Source: Candidatus Omnitrophota bacterium (GTDB taxonomy: Bacteria > Omnitrophota > Gorgyraeia > 2-02-FULL-51-18 > JAGOUK01). From it: a stretch of 60,469 nucleotides of DNA. Below the pieces are notes generated by a model. That model was not told the DNA's origin. It ran no database searches and saw nothing but the letters and a program-made list of their open reading frames with translations. Made by a program: the position numbers and the translations under genes. Position 1 is the first letter of the stretch. Every line of letters begins with the position of its first letter. The DNA lies in assembly GCA_047639455.1 (NCBI GenBank), contig JBLINS010000004.1:1-60469 (forward strand), in the 5' to 3' direction. Shown here piece by piece: positions 45,057 to 56,321 of the stretch.

Positions 45057-45842
45057 TTAATGCAAACCTTGTGCTTGTGCAATTAAAGTTACATAAACTT
45101 CATCTTTAACTTGCTCATCATGTAATTCAAGGCAATCAATGTTCCAATGCTTTGGGTCTAATATATTAATGGGTCTATGCACTTCTTCTTTGCGGCCGCC
45201 CGAAATAATTAACCATTCGGGTATCCCAACAGGTTTATGACCACTGCCCTTTGCCGTTTTGACCTGACTTTGCAAATACTCCCGCCCAAACTGCCAACCT
45301 GTATTCATAGCCAAAACAGATCCTTGAACATTTTTTGGCTTAATGCGCGCAATATTCTGCATGATTTGAAAGTCTTTATATTCTACCATGCCATTTAAGG
45401 CGGCATTCTTTCGAACCGCCACATGAAATTTTTTGTATTTTTCGACAAAGTAGACAGCTTTGGCGCCATAACGATGCGCCAAAATACCATAATTACCTCG
45501 GCCCGCACCAAAATCGATGAATATCCTACCCTCTATCTTAGACCTTAAATACTCCATAGCACGTACTACACCAATTCGTGAGAGTATGGGTGCGAATGGC
45601 TGGGCATTGGCTACGCTATCCATACAAACAGTATGCAAATCTCTAGCCTGGCCATTAGTAACAAATTGTATTGGCTTAGCCCAGGGCTGTTCTTTTGATT
45701 CCAAATCTTTCTGACGTTCAGACTGTACAAAGGTTACACCACCATAACGATGTGCAATCTCGCCTGTCTCATCCCAGACATAGTCCACATAATCATTCAA
45801 ACTACCCTGTTTATCTTTAATAATTATAGGTGCTAGAGGCAT
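45057..45842 (-). CDS. Class I SAM-dependent methyltransferase (PrmA-like motif I)
   Basis: FIDFGAGRG, GAKAVYFVE, AVRKNAALNG. Confidence 0.7.
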   Translation of the reverse strand: MPLAPIIIKDKQGSLNDYVDYVWDETGEIAHRYGGVTFVQSERQKDLESKEQPWAKPIQFVTNGQARDLHTVCMDSVANAQPFAPILSRIGVVRAMEYLRSKIEGRIFIDFGAGRGNYGILAHRYGAKAVYFVEKYKKFHVAVRKNAALNGMVEYKDFQIMQNIARIKPKNVQGSVLAMNTGWQFGREYLQSQVKTAKGSGHKPVGIPEWLIISGGRKEEVHRPINILDPKHWNIDCLELHDEQVKDEVYVTLIAQAQGLH

Positions 45843-45865
45843 ATGGTAGGGTCGAAATAAATGAT

Positions 45866-46492
45866 TTAGACTTGAATCACTTTTCTAATTTCGGGAATCA
45901 TTTTTTTAAGCCTGCGTTCGACGCCAACTTTTAATGTCGTCATGGCGCTTGGGCATGACTTGCATGCGCCCTGCATATGCAGAGAAACAATGTGCTTCTC
46001 ATAACTCTTGAATAGTATATCCCCTCCATCTTGCGCGACTTCAGGCCGTATTTCTTTATCCAAAATTTCTTGTATCAGCAAAGCGATGGGGTCATCAGAT
46101 GGGCTATGACTTTGAGAAACGTTCTTTGCATCACCCAATAAATCAGATTCATCACTCAAAATGCGAGCCAAACTATCCGCCAAAGGCCTCGCCACATCAG
46201 CCCATTCATAAGACTTCTTCTTCGTAATCGTCACAAAGTCCTTAGCTACATAAATTCCGTCAACAGAGTCCTCTTCAAACATAGCCTTAGCCAAAGGTGA
46301 CCCTTGAACCAAATGACCAAACTTCGTCCTAAAGTCCATAGATCCCCGCTCCATTAGCTGCCTATGCACATTAAATTTATAAGCCTGCGGATTAGGCGTC
46401 TCCTCAAAAGTAATTGGCTTAGGTCCTGCATCCAAAACCTCTGGCTCCTCCGCCTCAATTCTACGTTTTTTAAACCAACTCAATGATATCAT
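45866..46492 (-). CDS. NifU/Nfu1-family Fe-S carrier (N-terminal scaffold domain plus NifU C-terminal domain)
   Basis: ETPNPQAYKF, DFVTITK, IRPEVAQDGGDI, GACKSCPSA..TLK.GVE. Confidence 0.9.
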   Translation of the reverse strand: MISLSWFKKRRIEAEEPEVLDAGPKPITFEETPNPQAYKFNVHRQLMERGSMDFRTKFGHLVQGSPLAKAMFEEDSVDGIYVAKDFVTITKKKSYEWADVARPLADSLARILSDESDLLGDAKNVSQSHSPSDDPIALLIQEILDKEIRPEVAQDGGDILFKSYEKHIVSLHMQGACKSCPSAMTTLKVGVERRLKKMIPEIRKVIQV

Positions 46493-46612
46493 TCTATTCT
46501 CTTAACCCCAATTACCACATTGACTTACTATAATAGAGCATGAATATATCAAGCCACAAAGAACCCGTCAAGCTAGTCTTGTGGCGATATATAGTTTAAA
46601 TCGATTGGGTGA

Positions 46613-49093
46613 CTAAGACCACTTATGTAATATATCTTTTAGGGATTGGATTTGGATAGGTTTTGATAAAAAATCATTCATGCCAGCGGCGAAGCTCTGC
46701 TCTCTATCTTCTTTGAAGACAGATGCCGTGAGAGCAATGATTGGTATTTTGGGGTGATTCAAGCGTATAGCCTTAGTGGCTGCTATGCCGCCCATAATCG
46801 GCATTTGGAGATCCATAAAAATGAGTTCAAAACCCGCTTCGGCCGCATTCATTTTATCGACCGCTTCCTGGCCATTACAGGCTATTTCAAAATCACAATC
46901 CAATTGAACTAAATATTCTTTCATCAATTCTTGATTAATCATATTGTCTTCAGCGACAAGAATTTTGGTTTTGGCAATGACTTCATTGGATAGGTGGCGA
47001 TTGACAATCGGTCCTTCGCTGCGTTCATCACCTAAGGTGGTTTGAATCATCTTAATAAGATCAGCCTCAATAATTGGTTTGGGTAAAAAAGCGTCAAATC
47101 CAGCCTCTTTGGCTTTAGGCGCTACACCTGGCATGCCATCAGACGTGACCGCCATGAGTTTAATTCCCTTACATGCAGGATTAGATGTAATGACTTTGGA
47201 TAATTCACAACCGTCCATGCCAGGCATCAAAATATCCGTGATTATTAAATCTGGCAAGTCCTTAGCTTCTGATAACCACTTCAGAGCTAGGGCCCCCGAA
47301 GAAACATTGCCCAACACTTGCATGCCCTGCTTGTTACAATGTTCTAATAATATATGCCTAGCATGCTCATCATCATCCACAATAAATACTTTTGCGCCTC
47401 TTAATTGAGCACAAGTTAAAGGTTCAATGCCAATCCCCAGCTCTTCTTTTGCACTTCCCAGCGCTAATTGTACAGTGAATTCACTGCCATGCCCCTCTTC
47501 TGACTCAACATCAATAGAGCCATGCATTAACTCAACCAATGCTTTAGAAACAGCCAAGCCTAAACCCGTGCCGCCAAATTCACGCGTCGTAGAAAAATCT
47601 GCTTGCGTGAATTTTCCAAATATATGCTCAATTTTGTCTTGGGCAATGCCAATACCTGTATCCTTAATAGAAATTTTTAAATTGAAAATATCGTCCTTAA
47701 TTAACGCCCCAGTAATGTGCACACGCACGGAACCCTCGGCCGTGAATTTAATCGAATTACTAATAAAATTAAGCAAAATTTGGCGAATAGCTGTTGGATC
47801 ACCATTCAAGCGCGGAGGCAAATCAGATGCATATTTCCAATACAATTCAACCTCGCTACCTTTCTTTAATCTAGCCGAAGAGATTTGAATGCACTCTTCC
47901 AATAGTTTGGGGAAGTCAAAATCAATATTCTCGAGCTTTCTCTCTTTAGCTTCTATTTTGGAAATATCAAGAATGGCTTCGATGATACTTAGTAGACCAC
48001 GCCCGCTAGCCAATACCGTTTTGGCATATTTATCCTGCTTTTCATTGAGTTCAGTGCTTCGTAATAACTCAGAGAAGCCAATGATGGCATTCAAAGGTGT
48101 TCGGATCTCATGTGACATATTAGCCAAGAATTCAGTTTTGGCCGCATTGGCCTTTTGCGCCGCCTCACCCAATATAACGGCAAACTCACGCTCACTTTTT
48201 AAGTCAGCCATTAAATTTGCCATAGATGCTTTGGCTTTTTCTGCTAAACGATTTTGTTCAGCAATTTGTTTTATTTTTTCTTCTAAATTTGTGGCCTGCA
48301 CTGCCAAGACATCTTTAGAAACCGTGGTGACCTTCAAATTGTGAGCCATTGAATTAAACGCCTGCGCTAATTTGCCCAAATCATCATTGGACTGCAGTCT
48401 CACCGTTTGATCCATATCACCTTTAGTTATAGCAGTTGCCGCTTTAGCTAATTTGCGTAGCGGCTTAGAAAGTGCGCTGCCCATAAAAATAGCCACCAAA
48501 AGACCGGCCAAAAGACCAATAGCGCCTACAATAAAGGTGACTTTACGGACTAATTTCATAGACGTGACTAAGGCTTCATCACCTACTCTCAAATCTTCAG
48601 AAATGCCCTTTTTAAGGTTAATAATGGATATATAAAGGAGTAGTTCCGATTTCTTTAATGCCCGCGCAATATCGCTGGTTTCATTTGTTGATTGTGCGAC
48701 TATGGTTGACTGGGCGTATTCCAAGGCAATGCTTTTGAAAGTTATCGCATTAGAATGTAAAGACTTTGCACTAGATAGGTGAGCATCCTTTTCTATGGCT
48801 AAGACATCACACAAAACCTGACTCTCTTGAATTAAACTATCGGCGCTGTGAATAATGATGTCTAAATCGCTTATTTTTTTGAGCATATAATCCGTATAAT
48901 CGCGGTTGACGCGATTAAATAAACTTTGAATTTTTTCAATACGAATCAATTCAGCATCGCGTACATGTATATTTCGATCTAATTCCACATTCAAACGATT
49001 TGTGGCAACAAAAGAAAATACGCCAAAGGCTAGAATGATACCGACTAATAAACCTAAGCCTAAATTACGTATAGTTGTGAAAGATAAGTTCAT
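46613..49093 (-). CDS. Hybrid histidine kinase: periplasmic helical sensor, HAMP, HisKA, HATPase, two REC domains
   Basis: Two TMs, [23 protein letters not shown]; core closely similar to 34184-36829. Confidence 0.93.
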   Translation of the reverse strand: MNLSFTTIRNLGLGLLVGIILAFGVFSFVATNRLNVELDRNIHVRDAELIRIEKIQSLFNRVNRDYTDYMLKKISDLDIIIHSADSLIQESQVLCDVLAIEKDAHLSSAKSLHSNAITFKSIALEYAQSTIVAQSTNETSDIARALKKSELLLYISIINLKKGISEDLRVGDEALVTSMKLVRKVTFIVGAIGLLAGLLVAIFMGSALSKPLRKLAKAATAITKGDMDQTVRLQSNDDLGKLAQAFNSMAHNLKVTTVSKDVLAVQATNLEEKIKQIAEQNRLAEKAKASMANLMADLKSEREFAVILGEAAQKANAAKTEFLANMSHEIRTPLNAIIGFSELLRSTELNEKQDKYAKTVLASGRGLLSIIEAILDISKIEAKERKLENIDFDFPKLLEECIQISSARLKKGSEVELYWKYASDLPPRLNGDPTAIRQILLNFISNSIKFTAEGSVRVHITGALIKDDIFNLKISIKDTGIGIAQDKIEHIFGKFTQADFSTTREFGGTGLGLAVSKALVELMHGSIDVESEEGHGSEFTVQLALGSAKEELGIGIEPLTCAQLRGAKVFIVDDDEHARHILLEHCNKQGMQVLGNVSSGALALKWLSEAKDLPDLIITDILMPGMDGCELSKVITSNPACKGIKLMAVTSDGMPGVAPKAKEAGFDAFLPKPIIEADLIKMIQTTLGDERSEGPIVNRHLSNEVIAKTKILVAEDNMINQELMKEYLVQLDCDFEIACNGQEAVDKMNAAEAGFELIFMDLQMPIMGGIAATKAIRLNHPKIPIIALTASVFKEDREQSFAAGMNDFLSKPIQIQSLKDILHKWS

Positions 49094-49699
49094 TTATAAA
49101 CCCAGCAGTTCTCCAGTTAGGGCATCCAAATTAATGGCCACCGTCATAGCTCCAATTGCCAATTCCGACTGAGGATCAATAATGGGCACTGAGACTTGTA
49201 CAGAATAGGTTTCACTACTATCGTCATATTCAGGTTCATCAATGAAGACATTGCCTCTACCATCAGCGAATGATTTGATAAATTTAGCTTCATCACCTTG
49301 CCAATAATCGGATGTTTTGTCCGTTTCAGAAACAATATTGCCCTGTCTATCCATAATGAATATTTCTGGATATAATACACGCTTGCCTTTGACCTTATTC
49401 TGAAATTCCTTAAGACGCACAACTACAGGGTTATTTGAAAAACTCGCCACCCATGCATCACCATCTTCAGCCTGACGCCAACGACCATCTAATTCCAATA
49501 TTTGCGCTTCTGTCTTATTAGCCTCTTTATTAGCCTGCCTAATCGCTTCCAAAACGACAGTGTCTTTAGACCATATAAGAATTTTGCTATTCACAGTTTC
49601 CTTAATCACATCCTCCAAAGCCGCATCCATCGACCAAACCACCGTATTAGGAAAAATTAAAAGCACAACCACCCCTATAATCAAACCCATGTATTTCAT
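49094..49699 (-). CDS. Stand-alone Cache/PDC-type periplasmic sensor protein
   Basis: EIFIMDRQG, TSDYWQGDEAKF, VQVSVPI; start MKYMG with RBS ggag; stop abuts the kinase start. Confidence 0.8.
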   Translation of the reverse strand: MKYMGLIIGVVVLLIFPNTVVWSMDAALEDVIKETVNSKILIWSKDTVVLEAIRQANKEANKTEAQILELDGRWRQAEDGDAWVASFSNNPVVVRLKEFQNKVKGKRVLYPEIFIMDRQGNIVSETDKTSDYWQGDEAKFIKSFADGRGNVFIDEPEYDDSSETYSVQVSVPIIDPQSELAIGAMTVAINLDALTGELLGL

Positions 49700-49942
49700 A
49701 TCTCTTCTCTCCACTCCAAATACCTCGCCATCACGATCATAATCACAAAATCCCAATTAGCCCCAACAAACACAATGCTACCTATTACTAACCTATATAC
49801 ACTATAAATAAGTACAAATCAATATTACCAACTAAAAACATATAAAAAACATATAAAAAACACATAAATCTAACCAAAATTCCCCCAAAATACCTACATT
49901 ATGAGATATGTGTCCTCGATTCAAAGAATTGTAAGTCAAACA

Positions 49943-50960
49943 TAGGGGTCAAGTCTTTGGTTTTAGTATAGATTGCGCTAATTTCTCCCAAATTTCAACG
50001 TCACCCTTCATCATGTAAAAGGCGCTGCCAATGGTGTTGTAGCTTAGTCCGCCAAGTAAAGATCCAATATGCTTGTATGTTAGCTGACATTCGTTCCTGA
50101 GCATGTATATGGCCAATTTTCTAGGTATATTCCTTTTAGAAGAACATCTGCCCGTGATATGTGTTGCTGCAACATTGTAATGGGCGGCTATCAACGAAAT
50201 GATACTCTCAGGACTAGGAAGATCTTTTATTTCGTTTAGCTGTGGAATTTCTCTCTGATGTTTTACTTGTTTCTTATAGAAAGTAGATTTAATTTTTTCC
50301 ATAAATGCCTTTGTCCCCATAACCGACGGCCATTTACTTGATTTCATAACCTTGAGTAGCGTTTCGTCTTCATCCTCGTTTACAAATTTATCCAACTCTT
50401 TTTTAGCAGCAGACTCATACTTTGAGAACATGGACAGCACTGTTGATGTCGTCAGCCATTTGGGCTTCTTATTCAAAATCATATAGCATCTATGACTTCC
50501 ATGCATGTCTTCTATGGCGCAGTTAAACTTACGTGCCCTAACAGCATTCAAATGAATATATCTAACGAGTGTCGTCAGATAGCTATCTTTATCGATGAGA
50601 ATCGATTTATATCTGCCTTTGAATAAGGCCCCGTCCCTATTATGGCGTCGATTATACCGTTGAGTATAGATTCCATCGATATGTCGCATGGCTCGTGATA
50701 AGTTTCCTAGAGGGGTTTCTATGATAATGTGGTAATGATTACTCATTAAATTGAATGCATGCACTCTTATCTTCCACAAGTTTACACTTTCTTCCAATAA
50801 TTTTAGAAAAGCATTGTAGTCGCTTTCGCCATTAAAGATAATGCGACGATTTAATCCGCGGTTCATGATGTGATAAAAAGCATTGGGATATTGAATTCTT
50901 AGCGGTCTGGACATGTGGCTATGATACCATATTTTATGATAACCAAAGACTTGACCCCTA
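49943..50960. mobile_element. RAYT-type element bounded by perfect 20-bp terminal inverted repeats
   Basis: taggggtcaagtctttggtt (49943-49962) and aaccaaagacttgaccccta (50941-50960). Confidence 0.85.
49949..50914 (-). CDS. REP-associated tyrosine (Y1 HUH) transposase with C-terminal DnaA-like HTH
   Basis: MSRPLRI...YHIMNRG, HUH motif NHYH, FKGRYKS, catalytic Tyr in VRYIHLN; C-terminal PRKLAIYMLR..CQLTYKHIG. Real start probably ATG 50914. Confidence 0.9.
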   Translation of the reverse strand: MSRPLRIQYPNAFYHIMNRGLNRRIIFNGESDYNAFLKLLEESVNLWKIRVHAFNLMSNHYHIIIETPLGNLSRAMRHIDGIYTQRYNRRHNRDGALFKGRYKSILIDKDSYLTTLVRYIHLNAVRARKFNCAIEDMHGSHRCYMILNKKPKWLTTSTVLSMFSKYESAAKKELDKFVNEDEDETLLKVMKSSKWPSVMGTKAFMEKIKSTFYKKQVKHQREIPQLNEIKDLPSPESIISLIAAHYNVAATHITGRCSSKRNIPRKLAIYMLRNECQLTYKHIGSLLGGLSYNTIGSAFYMMKGDVEIWEKLAQSILKPKT

Positions 50961-50995
50961 AGTCTAAGTTTGAGTTGAGAAATTGATAGTTGCAT

Positions 50996-52528
50996 TCATT
51001 CATGCGCCAAAGCGCTTCTTAAGAAATCCATATGTTTTTTTAGCGCAGGCCTCAATTGCCCCAAACGAATGGCTTGATCATAAAAGTGGTGTGCTTTTTG
51101 TCTTCGATCAGTTTGCAAATAAAGTAGGCTGAGATTAATTAAGGCTTCAGGGTAATTGGGATAAACTTGTAGGGCTTGCAAATAAAATTTCTCGGCCTCC
51201 GCGGATTGCCCCCGTCTTTTTAAGGCATTACCCAAATTCAAATAGGCCACAAATACATTAGGCCTATGTTTGATCGTGTGTCGATATAGGCTTTCATTAT
51301 TTCGCCAATGTTCTATTTGATAAGTGGAAAGGAGGCTTAGGGTGCCTATCAGCCCAATCCCTAAGACGCAGCTAATACTTTTTTTCCATGGGAGACTAGA
51401 CAATACATCGCGCATACCCCATACAAGCATGACTGCCAGTCCGCATAGTGGAAAATACATGAAACGATCTGCTGGCCTTTCTATCACAAGCATTGGAGTT
51501 AAAGCAACCACAAACCACATAAATCCAATAATCAAATAGGAGGCTTTTAGCCTCCATTTCCACACACCAAAGAGGATTGTCCCCATGCCTATCATCGACA
51601 CAATTACCCTATAAGGCTCTATGTGGATTTGCGCGACGGGCCCATATAATGAAAGGTTCATTGGATAAAATGCATTGCATACGTAAAAAAGGTAGTCTGT
51701 AAATACCCTAGAAATCATTGCAGGAAATCTAATAAGCCCTAAATTCAACCCCTGATCCATAGCGTGCGCATTACCCACAAAAGGTATTGGGATGTACAAA
51801 ATCGCTATAACTAAAAGAGGCCATTTTTCATAAAAAAGATTTTTGAATATGTTCTGAATGCTTAAAGTAGGCATTCTTCTAAGCGGCCAATAGTCTAGCA
51901 ATACCATAATGATTGGCAATATAAGCATAGTCGCCTTAGTCATCAATGCTAATCCAAATAGTGTAGCCAAAACTCCTTGCTGAACAAAAGTGCGTTTGTC
52001 CAAATGCTTCACATAATAGTGCATTATGAGCAGACCCCAAAATAAGGCCAAAATATGTTTGCGGGATGTGATCCAAGCAACGCTTTCTACTTGAATCGGG
52101 TGCATGGCAAAAATCAACGCCACTAACAGGCTCAATCCATATGCGCGGGTTATAGATTTGAATAAGAAAAATAGTAACAAAACATTGAGAGTGTGAATAA
52201 TCACATTCGTCCAATGGTGAGCGCCTGCCTTATAACCAAAAAGCTGTATATCCAACATATGCGAAATCAAAGTGACGGGTTGCCAATAGTCTGAATAATC
52301 TGATGCTATTAATAAATCTGCTTTGAATGCCCAAAAAATACCAGACAAACTAATACCTTCACGTAGATGCGGATTATTCAGGATATATTGCCCATCATCT
52401 AGGCTTAAGAATTCAAAATCTAGAACCGGATAATACACATATCCGACCAAGCATAGAATGAGGAAGCAAATGCCAAATAAATATATGAAAGAATTTTGCT
52501 GAAAACTACGCATAGAATCTGTCAACAT
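50996..52528 (-). CDS. GT-C (TMTC/O-mannosyltransferase-like) membrane protein with C-terminal TPRs
   Basis: DD..YI..NP, WQPVT..SH.LD, HP.QVESVAWI..RK, DRFMY, WRNNESLY, TPR tail. Confidence 0.85.
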   Translation of the reverse strand: MLTDSMRSFQQNSFIYLFGICFLILCLVGYVYYPVLDFEFLSLDDGQYILNNPHLREGISLSGIFWAFKADLLIASDYSDYWQPVTLISHMLDIQLFGYKAGAHHWTNVIIHTLNVLLLFFLFKSITRAYGLSLLVALIFAMHPIQVESVAWITSRKHILALFWGLLIMHYYVKHLDKRTFVQQGVLATLFGLALMTKATMLILPIIMVLLDYWPLRRMPTLSIQNIFKNLFYEKWPLLVIAILYIPIPFVGNAHAMDQGLNLGLIRFPAMISRVFTDYLFYVCNAFYPMNLSLYGPVAQIHIEPYRVIVSMIGMGTILFGVWKWRLKASYLIIGFMWFVVALTPMLVIERPADRFMYFPLCGLAVMLVWGMRDVLSSLPWKKSISCVLGIGLIGTLSLLSTYQIEHWRNNESLYRHTIKHRPNVFVAYLNLGNALKRRGQSAEAEKFYLQALQVYPNYPEALINLSLLYLQTDRRQKAHHFYDQAIRLGQLRPALKKHMDFLRSALAHE

Positions 52529-52743
52529 TCACTTAATCAGATTTCGCTGCGACTCTTGCCGCTTTGTGAGGTCGGGTCACAATTATTATGTGAGGCTACC
52601 CACAGCTTTGAGCGCAGCTATTTGCATTGGTTGGATAAGTTTGACATACAATTTTGCTTGGCGTGAAATCGCAATTTTGCTCTTAACTCTCTGTTTGACA
52701 CTTCTGTTCAATAGTAAAATAGTTTTTCCAAGACTAAAAATAG

Positions 52744-53184
52744 CTACAAATCCAGGCGCACAATTGAATCTGCATCTTTCAGAATAACGTGATCTATAAA
52801 TATTTGTAAAATCACTTTATCTTGAATAAGATCGCCTTCGTAGAGAACATTGCCATTAATAAATGCTCTTGGTTTATCAATACTCCAGGCTATGGCTGAT
52901 ACACTCAACTTATCTTCAATAACATCAAAAGGATTTCTGCCCCAATTTTTAAACTCGCTTCTAGGTCGCTGTTCTTGAACCCTCGTTAATTCAGTATGTA
53001 TGTTTACATCGGGAAGCATTGGATCAATGCTATGGTGTGCTGAAGAGTTAGTTGGATTGTCTAAGGGCGCCTGTGCTGAGGAAGCGCTCTTTTTTACAAC
53101 AGGGTCGGCTGTCATTCCATAAATAAGACTGCCCAATGCTCCTAAAGTCAATGCAATCAAAATGATGGTTTTTTTATCTTTCAT
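52744..53184 (-). CDS. PilP/GspC-like pilus assembly protein
   Basis: N-terminal TM, WGRNPF, A.ING....GD.I motif; operon position. Confidence 0.55.
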   Translation of the reverse strand: MKDKKTIILIALTLGALGSLIYGMTADPVVKKSASSAQAPLDNPTNSSAHHSIDPMLPDVNIHTELTRVQEQRPRSEFKNWGRNPFDVIEDKLSVSAIAWSIDKPRAFINGNVLYEGDLIQDKVILQIFIDHVILKDADSIVRLDL

Positions 53185-53691
53185 CTAAAAGTCCCGAACA
53201 TGTATATGCAATACCAAATTAGCATGAATGATGTTCTGATTATCTACACTGGGTCTAATGTCAAACTTATTGACTAACAATACCCCTAAATTCTCAGATT
53301 TAAACATTCCTAATAATTTGCCTAACGTTTGATAGGTTGACTCAATTTCTAAATGAATAACGCGCAATTGTTGAGACTCTAATTCTATGGGTGTGGCTGG
53401 CCTTTCATTTAAAGCCATTATTGATATATCTTCAACGCCTATTCGCTGAATCACTTCTTTAATAATTGATTTGGCATTATGCGTGCTTTTATAAAATTTG
53501 TATTTAGGTACGCTAAGCGCATTCGTTTCTTCAATAATATGCTTAATCTCCAATCTAACTTGAGATAATTTTTCTTTATTCCTGTCTATTTCGCTATACA
53601 ATGGGCTAAAAATGAGGCTGTGAACACCCGCCAAACTCAAAATAACCCCAAATGTGATTATTAATGGCTTTTTGTGTTTATTCCATTTCAA
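53185..53691 (-). CDS. PilO/GspM-like protein
   Basis: TM, coiled coil, ESTYQ.LG.LL ferredoxin-like tail; follows pilM. Confidence 0.6.
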   Translation of the reverse strand: MKWNKHKKPLIITFGVILSLAGVHSLIFSPLYSEIDRNKEKLSQVRLEIKHIIEETNALSVPKYKFYKSTHNAKSIIKEVIQRIGVEDISIMALNERPATPIELESQQLRVIHLEIESTYQTLGKLLGMFKSENLGVLLVNKFDIRPSVDNQNIIHANLVLHIHVRDF

Positions 53692-55273
53692 AGCTCAACC
53701 CCACCGCTTCCAAAACTTCGTCTCCAGAAAATACTCGTCTAGTTATCTTGGTGTTTTTAAATAGCCCTGAATTCAATTGCTTCAATAACGGCTCTATCGA
53801 TTGGGAGCCTTCAAGCTTCACATTCGCTTTGATTAGCATGGGCTGTCCCGCTTCATAGACCCATGAAGTCAATTGTGTGTGACGTGGTAATAAATGGCTC
53901 AATTCCTTAAACACATCTTCCCAATAAGGTTCACTCGCCGCAAGATAATCCGCTTGCATATGCCCTTTAGAAGAATCATAAATTCGCTTTAGATTATTAA
54001 ATTTTTTATTCTCAATTTGTATTTGCTTACCCAATTGTATAGACTTATTTTTAAATTGCATAAAACATATAAGCACAAATAAACAAATCAAACTAACCCC
54101 AATGCCTAAGAATAATCGCTTTAGCATTCTTTGCGTTTTATAACGAATTTCGGGAGGCAAAAAATTAATGCCCTCACCCAAGCTCATCCCTGCCCCTAAA
54201 GCACGTGCGTAAGAAACGACCCCAAATTCCGGCAAATCAATTTTAGACTCAATATTCAGCTTCTTTAAGTTCTCAATTACTTCTGCCTCAATATCAAGCT
54301 CACTAGAAATATAATTCTTAAGGCCCTTAAGCATAGATCCGCGCCCGAACAAATACAATGTATCGATTTTTTGATTATGCTCCTCGCGATAATAACCAAG
54401 GCAGCGATGTATTTGTTCAGTTAGATTTTCAAGTGGCACACGTAACATTGACATCAATTCATGCGTCGTGATTTTGCCTAAGATTAACTCCTCATCAAAA
54501 CTCTCGGGTATACCAACCTCTCGCTTAAATTGCTCAGCCTCTTCAAAGCTAAGCTGCACAGAACCCCTTTCTGTTGAAAGGGGCTGAGTCATAGCTTTGG
54601 TAAAATCTTGTGATGAAATAGGTATTTTTCTAAAAAAAGCTAAGGTCTTTTCTTTGATAATCGCAAATTCTGTGTGTTGCGCCGACAAATCGACTAAACA
54701 TAAGGGGTCCACATTCAAAGATGAAGAATCCAATATTTTTTTTAGAGCATTGCCTGCTGGAATCACAGAAGTAGGTTGCACACCTACGCGCTTAAGTAAT
54801 TTGAGTGTATCTGCAATACTTTGTTTAGAAATCACAATTAACGCTATGCGCAATTGCTTAATGTTATCAACAACAATCTCATTTAAGACATCAAAATCAA
54901 AGTAAACATTATCTGCAGGCATATTAAAGTATTGTTGGATGTTTAAGCGCAAGGATGCGCTTAATTCTTCTTCTGGAATAACAGGCGTTGTTACAATTTT
55001 GGTAATGACTTGGTCTGAGTTAATGCAAATATTGAAGTCATATTTCTTTACATTGATGTCTTTGAATAATTCCTTAACTGCCTCAAGCATAAGCTTGTTC
55101 CGTAAGTGAGCTTTATCTTCAAGTTTAATTTCTTTGATAGCTACTTTTTCTAAAACAAGTGTTTTTCCAACATGCGAAAAAATGGCGAGCTTTATGGAAC
55201 TAAAGCCTATATCCAAACCCATAACCATTTTTTTGAAGTTAAATAAATTCATATCAAGCTTCAGCCCAATCAC
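53678..55273 (-). CDS. pilM: PilM (actin-like) with fused PilN-like C-terminus
   Basis: GLDIGFSSIK, VDLSA, LFGRGS.L, INFLPPE followed by a TM and periplasmic domain. Confidence 0.85.
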   Translation of the reverse strand: MIGLKLDMNLFNFKKMVMGLDIGFSSIKLAIFSHVGKTLVLEKVAIKEIKLEDKAHLRNKLMLEAVKELFKDINVKKYDFNICINSDQVITKIVTTPVIPEEELSASLRLNIQQYFNMPADNVYFDFDVLNEIVVDNIKQLRIALIVISKQSIADTLKLLKRVGVQPTSVIPAGNALKKILDSSSLNVDPLCLVDLSAQHTEFAIIKEKTLAFFRKIPISSQDFTKAMTQPLSTERGSVQLSFEEAEQFKREVGIPESFDEELILGKITTHELMSMLRVPLENLTEQIHRCLGYYREEHNQKIDTLYLFGRGSMLKGLKNYISSELDIEAEVIENLKKLNIESKIDLPEFGVVSYARALGAGMSLGEGINFLPPEIRYKTQRMLKRLFLGIGVSLICLFVLICFMQFKNKSIQLGKQIQIENKKFNNLKRIYDSSKGHMQADYLAASEPYWEDVFKELSHLLPRHTQLTSWVYEAGQPMLIKANVKLEGSQSIEPLLKQLNSGLFKNTKITRRVFSGDEVLEAVGLSFEME

Positions 55274-56321
55274 TTTGAATGATTAAGCCAGCACCGCCGC
55301 CAACAACGCTCGTTAAAGGACCTAGGGTAATCGCGCCATACGTTATCGTTAAAGCATTGTTTCTCTCTATTATCATCTCTTTGCCAGCTGCTAAAGCACC
55401 AGTGATGGTGGTGTTATCAGATTCCTCAATTTGAATATTCTTTTTGGCATAAACCAAACCTGTAATGGTCAAATGATCAGATTCCTCAATTTGAATATTC
55501 TTTTTGGCATATACCATACCTGTAATGGCCAAATGATCAGCCTTTATAATTTTAATATCTTTATCGGCAACAAGGGCTGCACCGCCGGCGCCTGCTGTGA
55601 TCGCTATATTATCTTCATTTTCTTTGATTTCAATTTGTTTGGTCGAAACAACTGTTCCGACGATAATCACATTGGCTTCGATTTCAACATCTCCATCGAT
55701 ATACCATATACCTGTATAAACTCCGGCCGTAAAGATTTTATCACCATTAACCACCGTATCGGCAATAGCTTCATATGCACTTAAACTAAGCGCTGGTGGA
55801 GACGTGGTGGAGTTTTCGGTAATAGTGCCTGTATGTATCATATCATCAGTATCTTTGACTTCTTTCTTCGATTCAATATTGCCCGTAACTGTGCCATTCG
55901 TATCTTTAAAACTAATATCGTTCCCACCCGTTTTAACTGCAGAAGTAAAACTACTAGCTGCGGTTCCAGTCGTACCGGTTCGAGTAATGACTTTACTAAT
56001 TCCATCCACTGTTCCTGTTGAGGTTAAAGTGTAATCATCACCGTCCTTAACAACTGCTGTGGAATACGTGCCTGCGCCCAAACTTGCTGCAACCGTTGTC
56101 GGTGTTGTTCGGTAATCTGAGTCATTCAGCAAATTATAAAAAACTTGCTGTAATCCCGCTTCTGCTAAAGACAAAGCTTGGGCTCGTGCCATGGTATGCG
56201 ATATATTTTTAGAACGCACTACATTAACACCTATATAACTAGATGTTAAGATTGTGAGTGTTGACAAAACCATTAATGCCATTAACAAAACCACCCCTTT
56301 TTGATTCTTTAAGGATTGCAT
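55254..56321 (-). CDS. PilX-like minor pilin with beta-helix repeats
   Basis: QKGVVLLMAL, QALSLAEAG; 60-bp tandem repeat at 55416-55540 (20-aa repeat). Confidence 0.75.
   Translation of the reverse strand: MQSLKNQKGVVLLMALMVLSTLTILTSSYIGVNVVRSKNISHTMARAQALSLAEAGLQQVFYNLLNDSDYRTTPTTVAASLGAGTYSTAVVKDGDDYTLTSTGTVDGISKVITRTGTTGTAASSFTSAVKTGGNDISFKDTNGTVTGNIESKKEVKDTDDMIHTGTITENSTTSPPALSLSAYEAIADTVVNGDKIFTAGVYTGIWYIDGDVEIEANVIIVGTVVSTKQIEIKENEDNIAITAGAGGAALVADKDIKIIKADHLAITGMVYAKKNIQIEESDHLTITGLVYAKKNIQIEESDNTTITGALAAGKEMIIERNNALTITYGAITLGPLTSVVGGGAGLIIQSDWAEA

Noticed and set aside
55416-55540. 60-bp tandem repeat
   Set aside because: It is an in-frame 20-aa beta-helix duplication in PilX, not a separate element.
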